Positions 1 to 9,905 of a stretch of DNA of 64,000 nt are shown here, piece by piece. How positions within the stretch are numbered: the first letter of the stretch is position 1; each line of letters starts with the position of its first letter. The position numbers and the translations under genes were made by a program. The DNA is taken from NCBI GenBank assembly GCA_950067765.1, contig CATMGX010000001.1, positions 9,519-73,518 on the forward strand, written 5' to 3'. This DNA comes from an uncultured Fidelibacterota bacterium. GTDB lineage: Bacteria > Fidelibacterota > Marinisomatia > Marinisomatales > TCS55. The notes under the pieces are model-generated. The model saw only the letters and a list, made by a program, of their open reading frames with translations. It had not been told where the DNA came from and made no database searches.

Positions 1-525
1 TCCCATGCTGGATTTTTGGTCATGGGAATATTAGTACTCAATGTAAGCAGTATTTCAGCAGTTCTCTTTTACCTGGTTACCTACTCAGTGATCAATCTGG
101 GTTCTTTCGCAATTGTTTCAGCGGTGGAGGGAGAAGAAAATGGATTAAAGTTCAAGGATTACCGTGGATTAGGGCTACGGTATCCCTGGCTGGCTGCTGC
201 TATGACTATATTTATGATATCCTTGGCCGGATTTCCGCCAACAGCCGGGTTTGTGGCCAAGTATGGTCTTTTTTCTGCGGCGATTGCGGAAGGCTATATA
301 TGGCTTGTGGTAATTGCCGTTCTAAATACATTGATTTCAGTCTATTATTATCTTCGATTGGTGATCAATATGTATATGAAAGAGGAAGAAAATGCTTTGA
401 TATCGTCTTTTAATATAATTGTAATCGGCTTAATATGGATAATGGCGGCAATGATGATCATACTCGGAATTATACCGGGTTTCCTTTTGGAAATCACAGC
501 TGAAGCGGCAAACTTTACCTCCTGA
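1..525 (+). CDS. nuoN: NADH-quinone oxidoreductase subunit N, C-terminal part (5' end outside window)
   Basis: The frame is open back to nt 1 (SHAGFLVMG...). The protein is polytopic and hydrophobic, with LAGFPPTAGFVAKY and YYYLRLV motifs typical of NuoN/ND2 C-termini. TGA stop at 523-525. Confidence 0.85.
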   Translation, partial: SHAGFLVMGILVLNVSSISAVLFYLVTYSVINLGSFAIVSAVEGEENGLKFKDYRGLGLRYPWLAAAMTIFMISLAGFPPTAGFVAKYGLFSAAIAEGYIWLVVIAVLNTLISVYYYLRLVINMYMKEEENALISSFNIIVIGLIWIMAAMMIILGIIPGFLLEITAEAANFTS

Positions 526-573
526 TTTTATTTTTCATCCGCCGCCGGACTTTTTCATATTTGGTGTGCTCAT

Positions 574-750
574 TCATGACTGAACCTCCGGTTTTTGGGA
601 TGGATCATCACAGATGCCCCCACGCAGACAAACACAATCAATGGCTACACCGCCGCAAGAGCCCTGCAAAGGCTTTCGGTTAAAAATAACGCCAATAGAC
701 ATACCGAGAATGGCAATACCGATAACAAGGATTGCGAGAAAAAATTGCAT
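574..750 (-). CDS. 58-aa Cys-rich single-TM protein, NqrM (DUF539)-like
   Basis: Hand translation of the minus strand gives MQFFLAILVIGIAILGMSIGVIFNRKPLQGSCGGVAIDCVCLRGGICDDPSQKPEVQS. It has one N-terminal TM helix followed by RKPLQGSCGG and four Cys in total. This matches my recollection of the NqrM family signature (RKxIxGSCGG). It is below the 60-aa ORF-track cutoff. No obvious SD. Confidence 0.55.
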   Translation of the reverse strand: MQFFLAILVIGIAILGMSIGVIFNRKPLQGSCGGVAIDCVCLRGGICDDPSQKPEVQS

Positions 751-860
751 GAGGGAATTTAAGGAGAAAATTGAATTGGGGGATTAAATCAATAATTAGG
801 ATGAAAATTCTGAACCGTTTAATTTCCATGCTTGTTGAACTACTGATATAATTAATCAAA

Positions 861-2282
861 TTGAAAAATATAATACAAAAAACAATTCTCACTTTGTTTA
901 TGGCCACTGGTTTTGCTTTTGCTTCTGGCGGCGTTCATGGTGCTGCCCCCCATTTGAATGGGGCGGATCTTTCTATCTTATGGGTGATTCCATTTGCAGG
1001 AATATTACTGTCAATAGCAGGGTTTCCTTTGGTGGCTCCCCATTTCTGGCACCATCATTTTGGAAAAGTTTCCGCTTTTTGGGCCTCACTTCTTATTTTT
1101 CCATTTTTAATAGTTGAGGGATTATCAATTACGACCTATGAATTACTCCATGTTGGACTTTTAGAGTATATACCATTCATTATTCTTTTATTGTCATTAT
1201 TCACTATATCAGGTGGTGTGCAGCTTACCGGTACACTAGTGGGAAAACCGATTGTCAATACAGGCGTCATTTTATTGGGAACCGTATTGGCCAGTTGGAT
1301 GGGAACTACCGGTGCCGCCATGCTCTTGATTCGGCCCCTTATCCGCGCCAATAAGGATCGGAAAAGTAAAGTGCATGTGATTGTATTTTTTATTTTTCTC
1401 GTGGCCAATATAGGCGGATCCTTGACGCCTTTAGGCGACCCGCCATTATTTCTAGGTTTCTTAAAAGGTGTGGACTTCTTCTGGACCACATCTGCGATGT
1501 TTTTACCCATGCTCTTCATGGCTGTTAGTTTGTTAACCATCTTTTTCGGTTTGGATACATTCCTTTATAACAGGGAAGAAAACCATCCAGTACCCGAAAC
1601 AGATGAAAAACTGGGTATAAAAGGATCCATTAATTTGTTGCTATTAGTGGGTGTAATTGGTTCGGTGTTACTGAGTGGGTTTTGGCATCCACATATTAGT
1701 TTTAGCGTATATCATGTAGAGGTAGAGCTCCAAAATATCGCGAGAGACGTTTTACTCATACTCCTCACAATGGCCAGTTGGAAAATCACATCCATGGAGA
1801 TTCGTGAGGCCAACGAATATACCTGGTTCCCCATTGTAGAGGTAGCCAAACTGTTTGCCGGCATTTTTATTACCATTATTCCCGCCATCGCCATTTTAAA
1901 AGCTGGGACTTCAGGTGCCTTGTCTTCCGTTATTACCTCAGTATCTAACGAGGCAGGCCCTATTAATTATATGTATTTCTGGGCTACAGGAATTCTATCC
2001 AGCTTTTTGGACAATGCGCCAACTTATCTTGTGTTCTTCAATACAGCTGGAGGTGATGCATCTGTGCTCATGGGGGACTTATCTCAAACACTGTTGGCCA
2101 TATCTGCCGGCGCTGTTTTTATGGGGGCTAGTACCTATATCGGGAATGCACCCAATTTTATGGTAAAATCTATTTCCGAATCTTCAGGTATTGAGATGCC
2201 ATCCTTTTTCGGCTACCTGTTTAAATGGTCATTACCCATATTAATTCCACTATTTATTGTAGTGAGTATTCTCTTTTTCTAA
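861..2282 (+). CDS. Polytopic ion transporter of the ArsB/NhaD-like (ion transporter superfamily) type, often annotated sodium:proton antiporter
   Basis: 473-aa ORF with a signal-like N-terminus, then about 10-12 hydrophobic segments and an APHFWHHHFGKV motif that I associate with this family. The start is TTG at 861. ATG at 901 is an alternative start. Confidence 0.6.
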   Translation: MKNIIQKTILTLFMATGFAFASGGVHGAAPHLNGADLSILWVIPFAGILLSIAGFPLVAPHFWHHHFGKVSAFWASLLIFPFLIVEGLSITTYELLHVGLLEYIPFIILLLSLFTISGGVQLTGTLVGKPIVNTGVILLGTVLASWMGTTGAAMLLIRPLIRANKDRKSKVHVIVFFIFLVANIGGSLTPLGDPPLFLGFLKGVDFFWTTSAMFLPMLFMAVSLLTIFFGLDTFLYNREENHPVPETDEKLGIKGSINLLLLVGVIGSVLLSGFWHPHISFSVYHVEVELQNIARDVLLILLTMASWKITSMEIREANEYTWFPIVEVAKLFAGIFITIIPAIAILKAGTSGALSSVITSVSNEAGPINYMYFWATGILSSFLDNAPTYLVFFNTAGGDASVLMGDLSQTLLAISAGAVFMGASTYIGNAPNFMVKSISESSGIEMPSFFGYLFKWSLPILIPLFIVVSILFF

Positions 2283-2285
2283 GCA

Positions 2286-2831
2286 ATGCGGATTTCAAAA
2301 GTCACGACCAAAACTGGCGATAAGGGTGAGACGGGCCTTGGAGATGGAAAACGAATTTCCAAAGATCACCCGAATATGGATTTCCTCGGTGATATTGATG
2401 AATTGAATTCATTCCTTGGGTTAGCGATTAATGCGTGTAAAGAAAAGAATTTGTTTCAGAAATTACAATCCATTCAGCAGGATTTATTCAATATGGGCGG
2501 AGAAGCATCCATGCCTGGATCGGAAATGGAATTATTGAGTGAAGATCGAATTGTATTTTTAGAAGCATCCTTAGAAAAAATAAATGAAACATTACCCCCA
2601 TTAAAAGAATTTATTCTACCGGGTGGGGACGAATTTTCTGCTCGTATTCATGTTGCTCGGGTCGTATGCAGACGCGCTGAGCGTTCCTGCGTATCGCTCC
2701 TTAATACAGGAGTGGATGTGAGAAACTGGCTGGTTTATCTCAACCGACTCAGTGATTACTTTTTTGTTTTGGCGCGGTATATAACCCAAAATAAGGGGAA
2801 AAATGAGACCCTTTGGGATCGAGATAAATAA
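2286..2831 (+). CDS. ATP:cob(I)alamin adenosyltransferase, PduO type
   Basis: N-terminal KVTTKTGDKGETGL motif, length (181 aa) and helical-bundle composition are typical of PduO/MMAB-type adenosyltransferases. Confidence 0.85.
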   Translation: MRISKVTTKTGDKGETGLGDGKRISKDHPNMDFLGDIDELNSFLGLAINACKEKNLFQKLQSIQQDLFNMGGEASMPGSEMELLSEDRIVFLEASLEKINETLPPLKEFILPGGDEFSARIHVARVVCRRAERSCVSLLNTGVDVRNWLVYLNRLSDYFFVLARYITQNKGKNETLWDRDK

Positions 2832-2901
2832 TATCCAGTTCTTCTGCGATTATTAGATAAAATCTAAATAATATACCTAAATTCTCGGTCTGTTAAATAT
2901 C

Positions 2902-3906
2902 ATGTTAGACTGGAAATCATTACATAAAACAATTGACGGGGTGAAAAGAATATTATTGTCCACCCATGAAAACCCTGATGGGGATGGACTTGGTAGTGCA
3001 TATGCTATGTATCATCACCTAAAAAGCCAAGGGAAAGATTGTCGTTTAATCCAGATTTCTCAACTCCCCCTTGAGTATGAATTTTTAAATTTAGATCAAG
3101 TCATTGAAACCTATAATTCCGAGGTTCATGATAATTGGATTTCCAAGGTAGAATTAGCCTTAATCTTTGATGTGGGTGATTACCGCCGTACCAGAAAAAT
3201 TGGCGAGCAGTTAGAGTCCAATAAAATCCATGTGGTGAATATTGATCATCACCCGGATTTGAGCGATGGGCGTTTCGCAGATAATTTTATTAATATAGAT
3301 GCGGCTGCTACGGGAGAAATGGTTTATGATTTTATGAAGGCAGGGAACGTCCCCTTGACGAAAGAAATAGCGGTCGGAATTTATACAGGTGTTATGACGG
3401 ATACCGGTTCGTTCAGTTACAGCAATACGAATCAAAAGTGTCACCAAATTGCTATTGAATGTATTTCAGCTGGGGTGAATACATCCCAGATTTATCAATC
3501 TGTTTATGAAAACAGTTCAAAAGGCCGGGTCGCACTATTGGGCCTTATTCTAAACAAAATTGAATATAACGACACAGGCGAATTGGCCTGGTTTACGATT
3601 GACCAATCCATGATGGATAAAGCAAAAGCCACCCAAGCGGATGTGGATGGATTTACAGATTTTATTCGGAAAATCCGTGGGGTAGAAGTGGCAGTCATGA
3701 TTGTGGAGAAAGATAATAATTCCTGTCGGGTTAATTTTCGGTCAAAGGGGAAGTATATCATCAATGGAATTGCCAAATCTTTAGGAGGAGGAGGTCATAA
3801 ATTAGCTGCCGGTGCTTTAGCAAAGGGCTCCTTGACTGAAGTTTTATCAAAAGTATTGGCTACTACCAATGCATCATTGGCAGAACAAAATGGGAAGATA
3901 GAATGA
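2902..3906 (+). CDS. nrnA: DHH-family phosphoesterase, NrnA-like oligoribonuclease/pAp phosphatase
   Basis: DHH family motifs are present: HENPDGDGLGS, NIDHH and GGGGHKLAAG (DHHA1). 334 aa. Confidence 0.8.
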   Translation: MLDWKSLHKTIDGVKRILLSTHENPDGDGLGSAYAMYHHLKSQGKDCRLIQISQLPLEYEFLNLDQVIETYNSEVHDNWISKVELALIFDVGDYRRTRKIGEQLESNKIHVVNIDHHPDLSDGRFADNFINIDAAATGEMVYDFMKAGNVPLTKEIAVGIYTGVMTDTGSFSYSNTNQKCHQIAIECISAGVNTSQIYQSVYENSSKGRVALLGLILNKIEYNDTGELAWFTIDQSMMDKAKATQADVDGFTDFIRKIRGVEVAVMIVEKDNNSCRVNFRSKGKYIINGIAKSLGGGGHKLAAGALAKGSLTEVLSKVLATTNASLAEQNGKIE

Positions 3907-4763
3907 AAATCCTTTTGGCGAAAGATGCAGGATATTGTTTTGGTGTGAGGGATGCAGTCAATTTGGCTTACGATACAGCAGAACAAAATGGGGATGTATA
4001 TATGCTTGGTCATATAGTTCATAATGAGAATGTGGTGCAAGATTTAGATTCTGCCGGTGCAAAAGTGATCAACTCCTTGGATGATGTTCCTGAAAATAAA
4101 CCCATACTTTTCCGTGCCCACGGTACCCCAGTTGAAACATGGGATGATGCCTATGCTAAACAAATCAATATTGTAGATGCAACTTGCCCTCTTGTTTTAG
4201 AAATCCACGTGGAGGTTAAAAAACTCGAATCAGAAGGTCGCAGGATTATCATTATCGGTGACCATGGTCATGACGAGGTTGTGGGGATAGCCAGTCAGGT
4301 CAAGGATGCAATCATTGTATCTTCACCGGAGGAAGCCCAGACACTTCGAAAGACCAAACGGGCGGGCGTGGTGAGCCAATCGACCCAGACAATAGAAAAT
4401 GTGCAGGAAATCATTAACATTATCATGACTAAAGTATTTGATTTACGTTTCGTGAATACCATTTGTTATCCCACAAAAAGGAACCAAAGCCAGATTAAAG
4501 AATTAGCAAATCAATGCGATGTAATGATTGTGATTGGGTCGTTTACCAGTGCAAATTCAAAACGGCTTACAGCATTAGCAAAAGAAAGAAATGCCCATTC
4601 ATTCCAAGTGACATGTGCAGATGAAATTGATGCCGTATGGTTCAAAGATGCAGAAACGGTGGGTGTATCCGCCGGTGCCAGTACACCGGATAAAATTATT
4701 GATGAAGTATTAACAAAAATTAAAGAAATCGGACAAGTTTCTGAGGAGATTATTTATGGCTGA
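3903..4763 (+). CDS. ispH: 4-hydroxy-3-methylbut-2-enyl diphosphate reductase
   Basis: [12 protein letters not shown]-terminus, conserved Cys positions ([13 protein letters not shown]) and SSANSKRL-like motif (TSANSKRL). 4-nt overlap with nrnA. Confidence 0.9.
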   Translation: MKILLAKDAGYCFGVRDAVNLAYDTAEQNGDVYMLGHIVHNENVVQDLDSAGAKVINSLDDVPENKPILFRAHGTPVETWDDAYAKQINIVDATCPLVLEIHVEVKKLESEGRRIIIIGDHGHDEVVGIASQVKDAIIVSSPEEAQTLRKTKRAGVVSQSTQTIENVQEIINIIMTKVFDLRFVNTICYPTKRNQSQIKELANQCDVMIVIGSFTSANSKRLTALAKERNAHSFQVTCADEIDAVWFKDAETVGVSAGASTPDKIIDEVLTKIKEIGQVSEEIIYG

Positions 4764-5640
4764 AAAAGGCTCATTTGAAATAAAAGTTGGTTTGGCTGAA
4801 ATGTTAAAGGGTGGCGTTATCATGGATGTGATGAATGCTGATCAAGCCAAAATTGCAGAAGATGCCGGTGCTGTGGCTGTCATGGCTTTGGAAAGAATCC
4901 CAGCATTGATACGGGAAGAAGGGGGAATCGCCCGCGCCAGTAACCCAGAAATGATTAGAGCGATTCAATCGGTTGTGTCACTTCCTGTAATGGCCAAAGT
5001 GCGAATCGGGCATTTCGCAGAAGCACAAATCTTGGAAGCCATGGAAGTCGATTTTGTGGATGAAAGTGAAGTCCTAACCCCGGCGGATGAACATAATCAT
5101 ATTTGGAAACATGATTATAAAGTACCCTTCGTATGCGGATGCCGGAACTTGGGCGAAGCACTCAGACGAATTGGAGAAGGAGCTGCCTTAATTCGAACAA
5201 AAGGGGAAGCAGGCAGCGGAAATATTGTAGAAGCTGTTCGACATATGCGTCAGGTTCAAAGTGATATGAAAAAATTAACGGTAATGGGTCAGGATGAACT
5301 CATGGCTGCTGCCAAAGAGATGGGGGCACCCTTTGCCCTTGTCCAGCAAGTGGCAAAATTAGGCAAACTTCCCGTACCCAATTTTGCAGCTGGTGGCATT
5401 GCCACACCTGCCGATGCGTCCCTCATGATGCAATTGGGTGCTGAAACCGTATTTGTCGGTTCAGGAATATTTATGAGCGATGACCCAGCCCCAAGGGCAA
5501 AAGCAATCGTGGATGCTGTGACTTACTATAAAGATTCTGCGAAACTGGTGGAAATTTCAAGTGGTCTTCAGTCCGCTATGAAAGGATTGGATATGTCAGA
5601 AATTCCAGAAGGTGAACGCCTCCAGGAAAGAGGTTGGTAA
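4756..5640 (+). CDS. pdxS: Pyridoxal 5'-phosphate synthase lyase subunit PdxS
   Basis: [23 protein letters not shown] and [10 protein letters not shown] motifs. 294 aa. Confidence 0.95.
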   Translation: MAEKGSFEIKVGLAEMLKGGVIMDVMNADQAKIAEDAGAVAVMALERIPALIREEGGIARASNPEMIRAIQSVVSLPVMAKVRIGHFAEAQILEAMEVDFVDESEVLTPADEHNHIWKHDYKVPFVCGCRNLGEALRRIGEGAALIRTKGEAGSGNIVEAVRHMRQVQSDMKKLTVMGQDELMAAAKEMGAPFALVQQVAKLGKLPVPNFAAGGIATPADASLMMQLGAETVFVGSGIFMSDDPAPRAKAIVDAVTYYKDSAKLVEISSGLQSAMKGLDMSEIPEGERLQERGW

Positions 5641-5662
5641 GGATCCAGACTGGTTGTAAAAA

Positions 5663-6259
5663 ATGATTGGTGTTCTGGCACTTCAGGGGGATTATGAAAA
5701 GCACATACATATTTTGGATTTGTTAAAAATCCAAAATATGGAAATTCGTTATTCCCGTGAACTGAATATGATTCAAGGATTGGTCATTCCTGGCGGTGAA
5801 TCCACCACAATGACGGATCTCATGGGAAGAAATGGGTTTTATGAACCTATCCGGAATTTTGCCAAAAACTATCCTATCCTCGGAACTTGTGCCGGGTTAA
5901 TAATGATGGCATCATCTGTACCTGGTTCTAGGGTGGAACCATTGGGTATTTTGGATATTGAAGTAGATCGAAATGCCTATGGCAGGCAAGTACATTCATT
6001 TACAGATCAATTGCCTGTACAATTAAATGGTTGCGCAACCCAAATAACATCCACATTTATTCGCGCACCAAAAATCACTAAGATAGCCGCAGGTGTGGAA
6101 GTGATTAGTAAATATCAAGGGAATCCTGTAGCAGTGAAGCAAGACCATCACTTGGGATTATCTTTTCATCCGGAATTGGATAATGTGACATTATTTCATG
6201 AATTTATTTTTAAAAAGCAATTAATGGATAAACCAACGCCACAGCATCATGCAGCTTAA
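5663..6259 (+). CDS. pdxT: Pyridoxal 5'-phosphate synthase glutaminase subunit PdxT
   Basis: IGVLALQGD N-terminus, GTCAG nucleophile elbow and FHPE near the C-terminus. Lies directly downstream of pdxS. Confidence 0.9.
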   Translation: MIGVLALQGDYEKHIHILDLLKIQNMEIRYSRELNMIQGLVIPGGESTTMTDLMGRNGFYEPIRNFAKNYPILGTCAGLIMMASSVPGSRVEPLGILDIEVDRNAYGRQVHSFTDQLPVQLNGCATQITSTFIRAPKITKIAAGVEVISKYQGNPVAVKQDHHLGLSFHPELDNVTLFHEFIFKKQLMDKPTPQHHAA

Positions 6260-8141
6260 GCTTCTCCCAAATATAAAATCTCCCGCTGATATACGGGAAT
6301 TTTCTCCGAAAGAACTCCAGCAATTGGCCGATGAAATTCGATTCCATACCATTGATGTGGTGAGTGAAATTGGAGGCCATTTAGCCTCTACATTAGGTGT
6401 CGTAGAATTAACCGTGGCTCTCCATAAAGTCTTCAATACACCAACGGACAAGATTATTTGGGATGTGGGCCACCAGGCTTACGCTCACAAATTACTCACT
6501 GGCCGATTTGATGCATTCCCAACCATTCGCCAATATGGTGGTTTGAGTGGGTTTCTTAAACGGAGTGAAAGTGAATATGATGTGTTTGGTGCCGGACACG
6601 CATCTACATCCATTTCTGCTGGCGTGGGAATTGCAGAATCCCAAAAACATACGGGAAAAAAGTTTAAAGTAGTGTCGATTATTGGAGATGGTGCAATGAC
6701 GGGTGGACTCGCATTTGAAGCCTTAAATAATGGAGGACATTTAAGGACACCCATGCTGGTGGTTCTCAATGATAATAAAATGTCAATAAGCCCGAATGTG
6801 GGTGCGATTAATACCTACCTGACTAAGATTGTAACCAATCCGATTTACAATAGAATTCGGGATGAGATTTGGAATATATCGGGGAAATTACCTTTTGGAA
6901 AAAGGACCGCTCGGTCCATGCTCCATCGAATTGAAGAAAGTCTTAAATCTCTATTGGTACCTGGGATGTTATTTGAAGAATTGGGATTTCGTTATTTTGG
7001 ACCAATCGATGGCTATAATATTGATGAGTTGGTACCCACACTTGAACGGATAAAAAATTTAAAAACACCTGCATTGCTTCATATCCTGACCAAAAAGGGA
7101 AAGGGGATGGAAGTGGCTGAGAATGATCCCATAAAATATCATGGCGTTAAACCCAATGGTTCATCAAATGGAAAAGTATCCACAACAAAAAATGTACCAA
7201 TATTTCAAGATGTATTTGGATTACTTGTTTGTGAAATCGCTCGCAACCGAAAAGATATGGTTTGTATTACCGCAGCAATGCGTGAAGGAACCGGATTGGC
7301 GCCATTTGCAAAAGAATTCCCAAAACGATTTTATGATGTGGGAATTGCGGAAGGTCACGCCGTTACATTTGCAGCCGGTTTAGCCACGGAAGGTGTACGA
7401 CCCATCGTGGCGATTTATTCAACCTTTTTACAGCGTGCCTATGATCATATTATACATGATGTGGCGATTCAGCATTTACCCGTGGTTTTTTGTTTGGATC
7501 GATCCGGTATTGCTGGTGAAGACGGTCCCACCCACCATGGTACATTGGATATCGCTTATTTGAAATGTATTCAGGATTTAGTACTCGCATCACCCAAAGA
7601 TGGAAATGAATTACGCCATCTTTTATATACAGCCTTGGATTATCAAGGGGGCCCTTTCGCTATTCGATACCCCAAATCATCTTCACTCCGATTTGATCCT
7701 CATGGTCAGGCTGAACTACTCCCCATAGGAAGTTGGGAAATAATGAAAACCGGAACAGACGTGGCATTATTGGCTGTTGGCCCCCAAGTGTTTGATGCCA
7801 TGGAAGCTTCAGTAAAATTATCTCAATCTGGAATTAGTTGCGAAGTGGTGAATTGCCGTTTTGTCAAACCAATGGATGAAGCTTATTTGAGATCGATTAT
7901 TGGCCGTTTTAATCAAGTCATCACACTAGAAGAGGGGATTATTACAGGAGGATTTGGCGAAGGTGTTGCCGCATGGTTAGCGGTGAAAGGGTACAAGGGG
8001 GAAGTGCAAAATATTGGTTTGCCTAACGAATTTGTGGAACATGGCCCCAGAGATTTATTGCTAAAAAAGTTGGGTGTGTGTGAGGCGGGTATCATTGAAG
8101 CAGTTCATACAGTCAAAAATCCTTTCGAAATAAAAGAATAA
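6249..8141 (+). CDS. dxs: 1-deoxy-D-xylulose-5-phosphate synthase
   Basis: GGHLASTLGVVELTVALH, DVGHQAYAHK, GDGAMTGG (TPP binding) and DRSGIAGEDGPTHHG motifs. 630 aa. Confidence 0.95.
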   Translation: MQLKLLPNIKSPADIREFSPKELQQLADEIRFHTIDVVSEIGGHLASTLGVVELTVALHKVFNTPTDKIIWDVGHQAYAHKLLTGRFDAFPTIRQYGGLSGFLKRSESEYDVFGAGHASTSISAGVGIAESQKHTGKKFKVVSIIGDGAMTGGLAFEALNNGGHLRTPMLVVLNDNKMSISPNVGAINTYLTKIVTNPIYNRIRDEIWNISGKLPFGKRTARSMLHRIEESLKSLLVPGMLFEELGFRYFGPIDGYNIDELVPTLERIKNLKTPALLHILTKKGKGMEVAENDPIKYHGVKPNGSSNGKVSTTKNVPIFQDVFGLLVCEIARNRKDMVCITAAMREGTGLAPFAKEFPKRFYDVGIAEGHAVTFAAGLATEGVRPIVAIYSTFLQRAYDHIIHDVAIQHLPVVFCLDRSGIAGEDGPTHHGTLDIAYLKCIQDLVLASPKDGNELRHLLYTALDYQGGPFAIRYPKSSSLRFDPHGQAELLPIGSWEIMKTGTDVALLAVGPQVFDAMEASVKLSQSGISCEVVNCRFVKPMDEAYLRSIIGRFNQVITLEEGIITGGFGEGVAAWLAVKGYKGEVQNIGLPNEFVEHGPRDLLLKKLGVCEAGIIEAVHTVKNPFEIKE

Positions 8142-8145
8142 TCAA

Positions 8146-9873
8146 ATGAGTTCAATTGTATTAGTCCTATTGGGTTTCACAATTCTTTTTATTGGATACC
8201 GGTTTTATTCCAAGTTTGTGGGCCGCCGTATTTTTGATATTAACGAAGAGAACCACCTAATGCCGTCAAAAGAGTTTGAAGACGGTATTGATTTTGTTCC
8301 AACAAAGAAACATATTTTATTTGGCCACCATTTCACATCTGTGGCAGGTGCAGCGCCTATTATTGGACCCTGTGTGGCCGCTTATTGGGGATGGCTTCCC
8401 GCATTAGTATGGATTTTGTTTGGGACGATCCTCATGGGTGCCGTTCATGATTTCGGTGCATTGGTGATGAGTGTAAAAGAAAAAGGAAAAAGTATTGCAG
8501 ATATTGCCTCCACTACAATTAGCAAACGCGCCCGTCTTATGTTTTTGATTTTTATCATCCTTCTTGTATGGCTTGTGCTGGCTGTTTTCGCCATGGCTGT
8601 CGCAGATTTATTTGTCGGGATTCCTTCTTCAGTCATTCCGATTAATATTGAAATTATTATTGCAATAATTATGGGTTATCTGATTTATAAAAAGAAAATG
8701 GATATTTTGATTCCATCTTTGATCGCTTTGGCATTGCTATACTTTTTTGTTTGGGTGGGCACAAAAGCACCTGTGGACTTTACTGAAGTCATGCCGGCAC
8801 AGGATGCGAAAAATCTTTGGATCATTTTACTATTTATTTATTCTGCGATCGCCAGCCTTTTACCCGTTTGGACACTCCTTCAACCGAGGGATTATATCAA
8901 TAGTCATCAGTTAATTGTTGGACTGGGATTATTATTCCTTGGCATATTTGTTGCACAACCCATTGTAGACGCGCCGGCTTTACGATCCTTTTCAGAACCA
9001 GGCGTTCCTTCTTTATTTCCACTCCTTTTTGTCACAGTAGCCTGTGGTGCCATCAGCGGATTTCATGGTTTGGTTGCTTCTGGTACTTCCTCCAAACAGT
9101 TAGAACATTTATCCGATGCCAGAATGGTGGGTTACGGTGGCATGATTGGAGAAGGTACCCTGGCGCTGGCTACAACTGTTGCTGCCGTGGCCGGTATATC
9201 TTTGGTAGCGCAGTCTGATATACCCAATTATTCTGTTGCAGTATCAGGTCTTAATAATTGGGAAGTTTATTATGATTCATGGGCCCATGCTAGTGAAAAC
9301 AAAGCTGCGGCTTTTGTTTTAGGTGGCGGTGCCTTAATTCAGTCCCTTGGGATACCAGCATCAATGGCAAATACACTTATGGCTGTCCTGGTTATTTCTT
9401 TTGCTGCCACAACCCTAGACACGGCTACCCGAATTCAACGATTTATTCTAAAAGAATTTGGTTTAGCAATGAAGATTAAACTGTTAACCAATCGATATGT
9501 TGCCACAGTAATTGCCATTGTGCCCGCCATCTTGTTGGCATTTTGGAATATTTCAGACCCGGGATCTGGCGCAACACGTCAGGCCGGATGGGTATTGTGG
9601 CCACTTTTTGGCGCGAGTAATCAAATGTTAGCTGCGCTGACACTAATGGTACTTACGCTTTACTATTGGCAAAAGAAAAAACCAATTCTACCTTTATTAA
9701 TTCCCATGGTTTTTATTATGGTGGTTACATTTACTGTGTTGGTATCTAATGCCATTAATTTTTATGGATATAATGGTATTTTATTTGGACTAACCATTTT
9801 ATTAATGGGACTCATTATTTGGATGGTTTTTGAAGGAGTGAATAAGGTATTAGAAATTCGTAGAACACGGTAA
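8146..9873 (+). CDS. cstA: Carbon starvation protein A family transporter
   Basis: 575-aa polytopic protein with [15 protein letters not shown] and [20 protein letters not shown] motifs characteristic of CstA. Confidence 0.9.
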   Translation: MSSIVLVLLGFTILFIGYRFYSKFVGRRIFDINEENHLMPSKEFEDGIDFVPTKKHILFGHHFTSVAGAAPIIGPCVAAYWGWLPALVWILFGTILMGAVHDFGALVMSVKEKGKSIADIASTTISKRARLMFLIFIILLVWLVLAVFAMAVADLFVGIPSSVIPINIEIIIAIIMGYLIYKKKMDILIPSLIALALLYFFVWVGTKAPVDFTEVMPAQDAKNLWIILLFIYSAIASLLPVWTLLQPRDYINSHQLIVGLGLLFLGIFVAQPIVDAPALRSFSEPGVPSLFPLLFVTVACGAISGFHGLVASGTSSKQLEHLSDARMVGYGGMIGEGTLALATTVAAVAGISLVAQSDIPNYSVAVSGLNNWEVYYDSWAHASENKAAAFVLGGGALIQSLGIPASMANTLMAVLVISFAATTLDTATRIQRFILKEFGLAMKIKLLTNRYVATVIAIVPAILLAFWNISDPGSGATRQAGWVLWPLFGASNQMLAALTLMVLTLYYWQKKKPILPLLIPMVFIMVVTFTVLVSNAINFYGYNGILFGLTILLMGLIIWMVFEGVNKVLEIRRTR

Positions 9874-9905
9874 ATTTACTACGTCACTATCGCTATAAAA
9901 TCACA

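Noticed and set aside
680-907. 75-aa minus-strand ORF in the track between nuoN and the transporter gene
   Set aside because: It overlaps both the NqrM-like ORF start and the transporter start. Its composition is low-complexity and Ile/Phe-rich, as expected from reading AT-rich intergenic DNA. No motif was recognised.
1136-1540. 134-aa minus-strand ORF inside the transporter gene, and similar antisense or overlapping ORFs listed across the track (for example 10744-11118, 12802-13182, 15099-15542, 23614-24027, 24061-24420, 25231-25590)
   Set aside because: Each is fully embedded in a longer ORF with clear family motifs. None carries a recognisable motif of its own.
9874-9905. Cobalamin riboswitch upstream of the mutase gene (and upstream of the PduO gene at 2283-2285)
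   Set aside because: The spacers are only 32 nt and 3 nt, far too short for a roughly 200-nt riboswitch.
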